Origin: Raillietiella orientalis
Taxonomy: Eukaryota
Direction: 5' to 3'
DNA: 64,000 nt
NCBI GenBank assembly: GCA_036172245.1
Contig: JAYWIR010000050.1
Coordinates: forward strand, 620,001-684,000
Below the pieces are notes generated by a model. That model ran no database searches, was not told the origin of the DNA, and saw only the letters and a list, made by a program, of their open reading frames with translations. Both the position numbers and the translations under genes were made by a program. Every line of letters starts with the position of its first letter. The first letter of the stretch is position 1. Positions 26,247-40,779 of the stretch are shown here, one piece after another.

Positions 26247-27804
26247 TCAGCTAACCAATCCTTTTCCAATTCTGATTCTCTCACCAGCCTGCACTTGCAA
26301 TTGTACTTTACATGGAGCTTCAAAAATCAACACAACTGTGGAACCCAAATTAAACTCTCCAAAGGGGGTTCCTTTGTTAACATGTAGGTTCTCAAACATG
26401 TTGTGGATAGGTTGGTGTTTCTTTAAACATCGAGAATTTGTATGAAGTTCCTTGGAAAAACATCAATGCAACAAAAACACCAAACTTTCCGATACCTCAT
26501 CCACATAAACTTTTACAGAACCAACATTAGTAGCTCCAATTGCTGCCATGCTAAAGAATCCATGTTTCCAGGTACCTAGATAAAGTACCCGCTCATTCTG
26601 ATGAAGCAAACCAGGTACACCACATGCTACATTAGGATTGACACTTAGTAGTTTGCCTATAAAGATTTGAACAATATTTAATTGCAGTGTCAACTGGGAT
26701 CTACCTGGAAAATGTCGGCGTTCACATACTTCCCAATCAACAGGAGAATAAAATCGATGGCAGTCACCAGGAGCCAAGTAAATGACACAGTGGTACAATA
26801 CATTTGTTGGATCATGAAGCAAACCTTGAGGAATTTGCACGTCTTCACTCAATCCCATGAACCTAGATAATGAATATGTGATTCCCTTAATCTGATACAA
26901 CTGATTAGAGCAAACATCTCCACAGGACAAAATCTGACCATCTGCTGGTGAAACCTAGAAACATTGATAAGCACTTACATCATACAGCTCCTTCATCTTA
27001 CCACACCATTTTCATCTATAGGCCTGACTTCTGGTTTAAGAGAACGCCTGAACAATTCTCCCAAATTTCTGTATGCCTTCAGATCTTCAACTTCGGATTC
27101 TTCCATCTTACAACCATATGTATTCACATACAGTTTGAGAACCGGTTCTCTTATCATTACTGGCAAGGTCCAATCATGAACCATGCCCCACATACGAGAA
27201 ACCGTTCGTAAAGGTAAGCACCGATATAAAAGAATTCTTCCTGAACTCCATTTTTCTGTTTATGCACTTTATCCAAGACTGGAAAACCAAATTGGTACTC
27301 ACGTAATTCAATTAGTTCTTCGTCTACTACATGCGCTCTGGAAGATTTACGGCGGATTGCTAGCCATGCTGCACACGAACCCGTTAATAAAAATAATACT
27401 TTTTTACAAAACTTAATTCCAATGCACATCCCATATGCTTTAGACGATCAATAAATAAATATTGTTGAGGTCAAGTATACATTTTACATGTAATAAATTG
27501 TCGTTTTACTATTTACGATGATACGAGAACAAACTACAATACCCACTTTAAGATGGTACAGAGTGCATAAAACATGTTCCTACTGCAATCCGCTGTGATC
27601 AAACTCACACTGATTAAATATGCATACTAAAAGATGAAAGTTCAACTCAACAACCAACTAATTCTGCTGCATCTTCAACAGATGGTTCATATGTTTTATG
27701 CTACATAATGACGTTCCTTTCTGCACGAACCATTTTATGTTGTTACAGCACCTGCCTTCCTTATAGATGACTCGAACGCTCTTTAAACGAACCGAGGGCC
27801 ACAT
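26247..27804 (-). CDS. PISD: Mitochondrial-type phosphatidylserine decarboxylase proenzyme, multi-exon
   Basis: LYRCLPLRTVSRMWG; YRNLGELFRRSLKPEVRPI; VSPADGQIL; QIKGITYSLSRF; VIYLAPGDCHRFYSP; NERV; IGATNVGSV; autocleavage motif GEFNLGSTVVLIFEAP; stop TGA 26247-26249. Start is uncertain: ATG 27804 (needs a GC-AG intron) or ATG 27429. Confidence 0.93.
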
Positions 27805-29039
27805 TTTTCCGCATGTTGCAAGTGTTACCAAGCATCACTCAATCTGGATCCAATCCAGATTCCCAACAGACGGAAAAACAAGTTTCACGTTGGGTAACCT
27901 ACGTCATAAGTGAATACGTGCATCATGAAGATACAAGACCATATCTTCCCCTCCTTTCGCAACTTATAAAGATAAATGGATTCGTTTGTCAAAATTCCTT
28001 TTCTTTAATGTGTGGTTATTTTTACTAATCAACGACTCGTGAATTGAAAACACCAACATACAGAGAGCACAAGCTTTATCAAAGTACTCTCAGTGTACTT
28101 AATAATTTCCTGAACAAGTACTTATAGACGAAACATGAGATTTCCAGGGTTTACTAAGGAGTAAACCCTTGCTATCATTTTGAACCTAATAAAAAGAGCA
28201 TCGTGTGCAAATGATCTGAGATTTCGTTTTCCGTGCTTGTGCAAAATTAAACCGAACATTTCAGTTAGAAATATGAAGCAACCTCTTTTTTGTATTCTCT
28301 CGTCTTGATAAGAGCCATTTCGCTGTTTTTTTCATCTGTTTCGTCACCGAAAACATCAACTTTATTCTCAATTTTATCATACGTACATACATTTTTCGAA
28401 ATTAGTTAACAGCTCCTCAATGTTTAGTAATCCCCATGAATAATAACAAATATGAAAAATATAAATCATAAAATTTACATAAATGATGGACACAAACCAT
28501 CACTCCGATCCATAAAATGGATCGTCAAAATATTTTATTCCAAATTGCATCCTTGAATCTTGTTTTTTAATTTTACTTTTTTGTAAACAGGACATGGATG
28601 CACATCTACTTTTGCTTTTTGAAGTATCTTCCTCGCTTCCTTCTAGTGTCTTTGGTTTATAACTTTAAACACTTTGTTTCAAACTTTCCATGCAAACTTT
28701 AAATAGAATGTTTCTAGATTGTGAATGAAAGAATCATTGTGGTCTTTGTAACTTTCTAGCAATAGCATATTTAGTGATGAGTACAGAATGTTTCTATGCA
28801 TAAAACGACCCACACTTCAGAAATACGGGAAAAGCTTCATGAAAACCCTAATCTTGAGAATAATAAATTCACCGACTCTTCTCCACTTCCGTCAGTAAAA
28901 TAAAGGAAGAAAAATCTTGTGCATCTTGCACAAGGTTTTCTCTTTCCTTTACATGCAGTTGTAGTTTATCACCCGGATATGCCGGGGCATTTATTATTAA
29001 AATTATTGTAATAAAAATTCCATAATAAAGTCTTAAATT

Positions 29040-30780
29040 ATGTTCAGGCAGAACACATGGTTCTGCCTGTCTTGATACACTTGCCGTTGCAGGCCCGCAG
29101 GTCTCTGAGGTCCTCTCTGAAGGCGATGGGGAAGGAAAAACCACAAAGAATAAACAAAAATACAAACAAAGAAAAAAACCGAGGGGAGGGAAATGTTTTA
29201 GGGGAGGGGGAGGGCTGGGAAGGGATCACTGTTCTCCCCGAGTGGTCCTCTGCATCCTGTTCAGGGTTCGGACAACTGTCGGTCGTAAAGTTCTTAACCG
29301 GGGCCATCGGGAAGCTTTCTCAATGTTGAGAGCCGCACAGTGAATGGCGTTGCGACTGTTATGGCCTCTCCTGGACACAGTCCATTTCTCCAGGATCCCG
29401 CGTGTGTAGCAGTTCTCTGCTACACACGCGACTGCTGGCAGGGCGTTCTGCATCAGGAGGCGTCGGAAAATGTCCTTCGGGTCGCCCCTGGGAATGTACA
29501 AGATCGACGATAGTCGATCCCACATGGGTCGGAGGGAGGTACACTCGATGATGAGGTGGGGGAAGGTCTCCCGTTCCCCGCACCCTGCACAATTAGCATC
29601 CACAGTCCCTGATGTCCAATGGAAGAGGCGTGCTTTGCAAAGGAGTCTCCAATGCAACACCAGCATCTCCGTCTCCTGTCATTCCAGGGAGAAGGTGCGA
29701 CTATCCCAACGCGCTGGCGGTCACTTCACCTCCTCTGGAGGTATGCCCAGCAGCTCGCCCCAGCGCACAATTCCTTTAGACGTGATGCTCGGGGTCGTAG
29801 CGTCCGCTGACTCCCGAGTCGTCCACGCCTTCAGCGGATTTCCCCTTCCTCGGATGAGGCAGGACACTCCCCACAATGCTCGCTCGTTGCTGTTCCTAAT
29901 GTTCTTGAGGGAGGACAGCACGGGGGCAAGGGGGGTCAAAGAGGCCCACAGAAACTTCCGCCGGTTGTTGATTATCTCCTGCAGGGGCTGTCGAGCGTTG
30001 AGTCCTCGACGGAGACAGTTGTGCTCCGCCTCGCTCGAGCCGTTGATCTTGGCGCACGCGGAAACTGACTCCTGAAGCCAGGCAGTGCAGTTCGCGGGGA
30101 GGCAGGAGATCGAGGTATTCTCCCTCATGAGGGCGACCATCTGGCCACAGTTGTTCAGGCTGCGCTGGTATACCATGAAGATCGAGGACAATCCGTCGCA
30201 GCTGGTCCCTCTGCTGGCGAGAAGCCGTGCGGGTTCGCACCAAGACCTCATCCAAGACATCGCCGCAAGGGCGAGTCTTCTGAATTGGAGCTGCCGCTCC
30301 ATGCGCTCCATCGTCAGGAGGCCCAAGCCACTGTCTCTGCATGGAGCGCACATGTCTTTTAATCGGACACGAGACCTCCCTGTGCCCCAAAGGGCTTTTC
30401 TTAGGAGGACCTCGGTCCTTCGTTTCATGATCGGTGGAGGGGGCAAACAAAAAGTAGGGGGCGAAGGAGAGGGGCCGCGAAAGTGTTCCACACCGCGTTC
30501 CGTTCCGGCAAGTAAAACTTGCTATTCTAGGTCAGGCCGATCGCCAATTCCACCTTTTGTGGACGGTCGGAACAGGCTTTTGCAACGCAGAGGTCCCCTA
30601 ACGGAACGCCGAGGTACTCGATGCACCTGCCCGTGGGGATCCCCAAGCGGATGCAGTCCGGCCGTCCGCCCCACGACGTATTAGATGGAGGTATTGAGGC
30701 TTTCTCCTTGTTCACTTCCAGGTCTGTCCCACGGCGGAACAGCTCAAAGACTTCACCATTGTTAGGACTCATAGCCAAGG
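29040..30780 (-). mobile_element. 5'-truncated Tx1/L1-like non-LTR retrotransposon, copy 1
   Basis: RT thumb LEVNKEK, IEYLGVPLG; KALWG...MCAPCRDSGLGL (~FLW...P...GGLG); C-terminal zinc motif CAGCGERETFPHLIIEC; C-rich then T-rich 3' UTR. Stops and frameshifts, so inactive. Confidence 0.85.
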
Positions 30781-33101
30781 CAATTTTATATCAACTTGTT
30801 TCTCAGTGTGAGATGCCATGAAAGGCTCTATGGAGCATTTACCTTCCTTTAGCCACCAAGGAGTGATGGAAGAGTTTCTGGCATCTATAATATTATGTGT
30901 AAAGAATAAATGTGAAGTGTGTGCATTTCGGAATGAAAAAAGGAAAGGTCTCGAATTTGGAAAATTACCTAGTACCTTGTGATTCTTCAGTGTTGACTAC
31001 ATGATTTTGTTGATTGGCTCGCCGCTTGCAGAAACTAAAAGAATATACAAAACTAGAGTACCTGAAAGAAAAATGCCGCGATCTTGTAATAAACACCTGT
31101 AAAAATACATTGTATTCCAAAAGTTAAACTGGAAACTGAGAACAAACGCTTTGTCCATCTGCATCGTTCAGATATTTTTCATGATAAATGTTCTCGTTTG
31201 CTTGACAAACATGAAATGCTTTGAGAGAAGATTCATGCAACTAATCAATCGTTTCAGAAGAATACATATGTCTCGCTAAAATTGCAACTAATCTTCTATT
31301 CGTACTTTTTGATTGTTATTTCGACTACAATATGCGAATAAAAATGTGGACGCATTTTTAATTTAAAAGATTCGTTCATTAGTTATCAAGTTCAAGATTT
31401 TCGGGAATTAAGAATCAGTAGATAATATTTCCCAATGACAGTCCAAACATAAGTGTGAACTAGAAAAAAAGTATCCCTCACCAAAATGATGAAGGCATTC
31501 AAGTAAATAAATGATCTTATTTTCATTTATAATGCAGAATAAAATCAAATACCCCAAAGTTGATACCAAGCAATTGCTAAAATTATTTTGTAAATCTAGG
31601 ATGATTTGTAACAAATCTGAAGGAAGCAAGTTCACTTTTGATGCGAAGGGTGGAAACAAAGAGTCGAAGTCACATAAAAAATTCGTTTAACATCAAATGA
31701 AAAACGAATAATATACAATGTGAATCATATTTCATATTACTTTTTACAAGAATTGTTCATTTTTTTAAAATATGACCACCATCCATGAAAAGAAAATATG
31801 ACAATAACTATTTTAGATGCAATAACCAACTGATTTGTAACATCGAGATTTTGAATTGAAGAAAAAATCTTTAGAATGTTCATGTACTAATATAGTTTCG
31901 AATATACTTTAAACTTGTTATGAACACTTATCGTTGTCATACATACGGTATAGTAAATAATGGGGTAATCTTGATGAAAAGATTTTGTTCTACTGTTTCC
32001 ATTCAAGACTGGCAAATTTGCAGATATTAGAAGAATAGCAAAATGTTTAATTTAATGTTTAAAATGTTAAATTTTAGAATGTTTAATGTACTACTAGTTA
32101 GCAGGACGAAGAAAATTCTATCATTTGGGGTTTTTGTTCAAGTTCCTTAATTTTTAATAGATTGTTTAGAATCATTGTTAATAGAACTTTCATCGTCAAC
32201 TGAACGGAATTGTGAATAAAATTATTCTTAAAGATCGAAAGATATAATTTCAGAATCTGATAGGAAATTGCAGTTTTTCCAACGTCTGGAATATAGCATG
32301 TTTCTCTTGTTTTAAAACTGCCACTGTTTAAATTATGCTTATGATTACCAAAAAAAAATACGAATCTGGCAGTAGGATAAAAAATTTTGATGTGTTAATC
32401 CTGCGATGTCGTTTGGCCGAAAAATTTGAAACTAACACGAATTGTGCGGCGGCAGTGTTTGTCACTGTGTGTGCACTCTCTGCTGTTAATGTGAAAATAT
32501 AGCCATAGTTCTTAATAGCTTTGTGAGTTCCTGTTATTTATTTCTGTTTACATATGGAGTAACACTAAAAAGAAAAAAGAATATAAAACAGTTAGTTATA
32601 GTTACAGTCTTCGCAATACCTGAAGAGAAGCAATGCCTGGTATTGAAAACATGCAACCATGATTAAAAGGTATTAATATTCCATAGAAATGATTATTTCA
32701 TAAAAATTTAATGCCTTCTAAGATCACTAAGTTACATGCATCAACGAAAATATTTACAGTTCTATTTTTTGAAGACGTGAGCTGTAAATATTTTGAGGAT
32801 GTGTGCTGTTTACACAAAAAATTTCATATTTTCTATGTTAGGTAGGTTGTTACAAAAATATTACAGAAAAATTGCCGCAAAATGATCCATGCAATTAGTA
32901 TGCGCCCTCAATTCTTATGACAGTATCATCACTATCCTGAAAATTAATTGACATGGGTTAAAAAAATTTTGATATTGATTTGCTGTTACTATTGCAAAGA
33001 TCATTCCAAAGATATCGTGTGTATCAAAATAGTATGCTTGTAATTCTGATATGCTAATAATACCTATTTTAGGTGTCAGGTTTCTTGTGAAACTTGCTGA
33101 A

Positions 33102-35480
<2,379 letters not shown>

Positions 35481-35524
35481 AATCATTGCTAGGCCTATGC
35501 ACTGAATGTTACAATGTAAAGTAT

Positions 35525-35530
35525 AATAAA
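35525..35530 (+). promoter_or_regulatory. Polyadenylation signal of ARF6
   Basis: AATAAA 44 nt after the ARF6 stop. Confidence 0.65.
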
Positions 35531-35557
35531 CAAACTGGGATCACAGACATCATATTT

Positions 35558-38437
35558 TTAAATCTTTGAAAGGTTTCTTTGAAGCAAAGTCAACATGATG
35601 GGATATATAGGAGCAAACTGTTCTCGTTGCAAATGTCGACATAATGATGTGTACCTCTCTAAAGCACCAGTAATCAACTGCAATCTCTGTTGTTCATCTG
35701 GATGTTCATCCAGCCAACGACTATATCGGGCTATTGACCATTTAGTTAGCTCATGGGGAGCTTGCAATTCAGTGGGAGCTTGGGCAAATAATAGATGAAG
35801 CAATAAGCTAACAGGCACTTGAGTTCCAACGTCTGGATTTGAAAGGATCTGGTCACCAGTTTGGAAAAGTAGTGGTTTGAAGACTCTCAGTGATTGGAAT
35901 ATAGCACCTGCTGACATGCTTGGTGAACATGCTTTTATGAGTGCTGCCTCCAACTACACCAAGAGTAACTTTCGTGTCATTGATATAACTAACCTGAGAA
36001 AAATCCGCAGCCAGCTGCTTGCATCCTCCTTCTTGCAATGGTCTAATTAAACAAATATGACGTAGAAAAAGTTCAATTACTCTGTTTATCAAAGGCAGCC
36101 TTAATCTACAAAGCTCTTAAAGTGCCATCAGTTCTGTTTTCCCCAGACATACTTGTTTATCACAATTTCTGATTCACCCATGGGGATAATGTAATCTTTT
36201 ATTGCTCGGAGCAAAAAATCTCTTAGTTCTTGCATATAAGGGGAACAAAGGCGACCAGTGTCCGTCCACTCTCTGAAATCTTCCTTGTGCATTGTAAGAA
36301 GAATAGTTTCCACTGTTTCTTGCAAAGAATGCAAGAGTGGTTGCACAATGTGGACAACTACACCATGCAACTTTTCTAAAGACTCTGTCACAACAATATT
36401 GCTTAGCTGATGCTCAAAATGGCACAAAAGGTGAACTAGTTTAGCATTGCGGGCTTGGCCCGCTGTTGGAGGACCTATAGAGAATTAGGAGTCATTATAA
36501 AATGCAGCAACCTACCAATAACTTGGGTTGCTTCCCCACTGTTATCTGTTGCTTGTTCACATTTAGTACATAAAAGTTGAACAGTCTTTTCTACATTGTG
36601 CATAAGTGCAGTTTTAAGTCCATTATCTATACATTCAACTTTCAACTCCCTAATTGACCAACTGTACGTTAGCTTTCCTTGATGGATTCTCTGGACTCAC
36701 TTTTTAATGGTATTTACAAGCCTTTGCACTTCCTCCATTTCTTTGATAGTGTCCAGTTCAGCAAATATCATGTTGACACTGTCAAATAATTGTGATAATG
36801 AATGGGATAAGTATGCCTGTTGATAAACACCCAACAAGGCCTGAAGATCTTTATCAGCAGTATCAGACTCAAGCAATTCATAAAATACTTGTAGCTTTTT
36901 CCATAGATTTTTAAAAATATGTAATAACTTAGGGTACTCATTTTCAAAGGTCTGCTTCAAATATGGAGAATCTATAGAGAATATCATTAACATCCCCACA
37001 AAATCATTTAAGAGGATTACCTTGAGTTGCTTGTTGGAACATACAGCTAAGCAGTTTCAACATCTGTTTCCAAACATTCAAAAATAAGTTTGCATTAAAA
37101 ATATCTGCAGTTCCTTCCTGCAAACCAGGATGTTTCAATGCTTGAACCACTTGTACAATTTGGTTTGTGCTAGACAGCAGCTGTTGAACCAAGTGTTCTA
37201 GATTTGTCCACATAGAGGAAGAAAAACTTAGCACACTAGCAGAATTCGATACAACTACTCTTCCTGGACCTATTCTCTATCATTTCTCAAAATATTACAT
37301 GTGTATAAAATCACCAGATGCTACACCAAGAACATGAGGAACCAGCTGCAGATTAAAAGTTCGTTTTGAGTGCATTTCCAATTCAATCTGGATATCTTCC
37401 AATATCTTAGTAATCACCTGATACAGAGTATCCAGGCATTGTGCTGACTGTAAAGCTGTAATAATCTATTCAAAGTATGCAATGCTGGTTAAATTGCATT
37501 TTTATGTTACTTGATTCTGATTATTTTTAAGTAACCCTTCATTAAGCAATTGTTGTATGTCCTTAATAATGTCCTCTTTAACCCTCTCTATGAACTGCAA
37601 CTCATGCTGTACCACACAGATATCTGCCAAATCTACATCTTTACAAATCTGATCTGGAACCCAGAAATGATGCACAGAAGATGATATCTTACTGAGCTCT
37701 TGAAGAACTTGAGCTATCTTCAAAATATCTTGATTATCATAGCTCAAAAGACGATTCAAATGTTTAAACAAATGTAAGATGCTGGCAATCCTTCTCACTG
37801 AATTGCAAGTTTCCTGGAGATGTGTCAAGACTTGAACTTGTAACTTCAGTTGTTTATATGGCTGATAAAGTTTAACTTTCAACTGTATAGCAGATTTATT
37901 CAAAGCCTAAGCAAATTTCCATTAGTATACGTTTTATCTTATCAAAATACCTTTGACTGCATTTGTAATGTTTTCACATCACAATCTAATCTTTGGATAT
38001 TTTCTACTGAATTTAACAGATTGTCGAAATATGTATCGGTATATTTATGCAACTCTTTGTCCAGTACAGCTATTCCTGTAAACACATACGGAAATAAAGT
38101 ATTTTATTTTCAAATTCATGAGCACATCTTTTTTATATTTACCTTTATTTAGGGAATTAATAACTTCAGAAGCAGATGAATGTTGCAATACGCTCTGAAC
38201 TTCGGTCTTTAAATTGAAATCCTCATTTATGACATGGAGAAGGCTATCTGAAATGAAAAGCTAAACCAATTGAGTGCATTATTCATTGCCATGACTTACG
38301 TTAACATGCGTGTGCAATAAGTACATTCATTTGGAGTGTATTTCACATAAAATATATGGCAATTTCTTACCGTTTTCTTTTAGCAGTAAGTTCCTTATTT
38401 TGTTTTTCACTTCTTCTGGGTCGTTCTCTAAATCCAT
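35558..38437 (-). CDS. COG5: Conserved oligomeric Golgi complex subunit 5, multi-exon
   Basis: ATG 38437 MDLENDPEEV; GIAVLDKELH; HLQETCNSVRRIASILHL; GPGR...SMWTNLE; SPYLKQTFENEYPKLL; ETILLTMHKEDF; CSPYMQEL; LFLRHICLIRPLQEGG...LAADFSQ; WSIARYSRWLDEH; FAPIYPIM; stop 35558-35560. Confidence 0.93.
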
Positions 38438-40070
38438 TTCACAATTAAACCAAGCCACTATCCATTAGGGTTTGATATGACCAGGCCCTCTGCACCCCTC
38501 AAGGGGAAACCGTTCGAAAATATTGAAACAGCCACAGAACACATATAAAGCACTGTTGGGAAAACTAACTTTTATCATTGTGGTGATTTCGGGGGTCTTC
38601 TGAAGAAATCCATACCAACAAATGAGTCAGTTATCCTTCATTCCCAAAAACTCGCGGGCCAAATGTGCAAAACTCAACTATCCATAAAAGTGACTACTTC
38701 AGCAAACGATTCCAAGCATCCACAGACGAAAACGTGGGTCAAGAAGAGAAACGTGGCAATGCTATGAGCGCAACTATTCACATTCCGCTTTACTGTCGAA
38801 AAACCTCCACCGCAGATACTTATTCTTTTCTTTTTTTTCCGAAAGCAGAAAGATAATCATTCAGTCCCCCCCCCCCCCAACCCTTTCCATGCTTCGCTAC
38901 GGTGTTGAGGTGGCTCAAAGTGCACCGCGCCGGCAGCGCCGCAGCGGCGGCCACAAGCAGTCCGTCAGGACAACCCTTTCCAGTTCGTGCATTACCAAAG
39001 AATAGATGTGCGACTATGCTTTCAAATCACTTAACAAAAACCTTTTCGCTCAATCTGTTTTGTTATGTAAGTGTGACACAAAGCCACGGTCATAGGCGAG
39101 TTGCATTACAACCCGAGTGGTTGCTCCAGCCTTCTCGTATCGATCAGGCAGCTGTTGCAGGAACGCGGCCACCCAATGTGGATTCCTCCTTTTATCATAT
39201 CGGGATGAATTGACTGTTCATAATTACTAACACTTTTACAAAGTCTCTTTGTCACCATTTCGACCTAATAGTTTGGGAACATGAGAAAGCCTTAAACTTC
39301 TCCATTTACCTATGATTAACTTAAAATAAAGAATCTATGGAAAGTTTACTTATGGCCGTTGAGCTAGAATATCCTTTACGATTGGCCATGTTCTTTTACG
39401 TTGCTTAGGAAGATCTTTTGGTCTCTCCAGAAAGAGTCGGTAGTCAAGGTTCATGAATCTTGCTTTGAAAGAAACTCTTTCTTAAATCTTATGTAACATA
39501 ATCTTATCTAACATAATGCTCCCCAATTTTCGTTCTTAATTTCAGTTGTTTCTTTATGAGCATTTGCTGAGACCTTCAGAAACTCATTGAGGGCTCGAAT
39601 CATCACTTGTGCTGAGAACTTCTGCTCATGTAGCTAATTTGCTACATATTTCTTGCATTCTTCTTTTATTTCCTTTAGTCCATTGAATTATTTTACCTGG
39701 TAGTTCCGACTGGAGTATTTATAGAGCAAAAGAATGGAAACAAAACGGCATGCCAGCTTTTGTTTTTGATCCGCTGATAAATTTCATGAGCCTCTCTCCT
39801 TCAGTTCACTCAAATTTAAAGGACAAAGCATGCCATTTTTTTGGACGTCTATTAGTCTTCATAATTCCTACTCAGTTTTCAACAGTTAAGTACGTAAAGT
39901 TTTCTATTTCCTCCGCAATTCTCTCGAAAGCATTCAAGAATTTTGTATCTTCGTTCCAGGGTTCCTCATAAGCACGACCGATAAAATGCTTGTAGTTCTA
40001 AGAATCTATAACCTTTTTCCACAGTCTTCAACGTAGTAAATAAAAAGAAGGGCTATTGCTGCTTTTTAAG

Positions 40071-40112
40071 CGTCATTCACTTGTAATGCTAGTGCATTAC
40101 AAGTGAATGACG
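40071..40112. repeat. Perfect 19-bp inverted repeat, 4-nt loop
   Basis: CGTCATTCACTTGTAATGC-tagt-GCATTACAAGTGAATGACG. Confidence 0.97.
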
Positions 40113-40779
40113 TGATTGCACACGTGATTACATTATTACGATGATATTTGTGATATTTCCACAGCGATTACACATTCTTCAGATCCTTCATTATTCCCTT
40201 TTGTAATACAATGTTTCAGGAAACTTTCAGCAAGTGGAACAAAAGAACATTTGTGTCGATGATCCTATCTTCATGATTTCCACACAGAATTTGAAAATTC
40301 CTTCCATCTGTTCTTCAAGAGTCACACTTGCATGAAATATAGATATGAGCCTAAACTAAAACTTTCGTATTCGATTTGTTTTTTCTTCCTCATTTTGAAT
40401 CATCGTGTGCCAAATTTTTGGCAAACTTTATTTTCTATCGTTTGATATTTGCGATTGATTACTGATTTAAAACTTGGGCACGGTTCGTGTTTTTTTAATA
40501 CGTGCATTATCGATTTCCAGGAACGACTCCTTCCATTCCTAATGTACAAAAAAATGAAAATGAATGTTTCCCAATCAATTATCCATCAAATAAAGAGATT
40601 TAGAAACGAATGAGATGGTCAACATGCATGAAATGGAAAAACCAGCAGTTGAGGCAAAACATTTTGAAGTAGGACAGGAATAACTTGATATCTAGGTACC
40701 ATATCAAATAAGAGTCATTTTTCATGGAATTAAGCTTTGAGTATAATTTCGAATGATTTTCCAAGTATTGATGCTCGAA

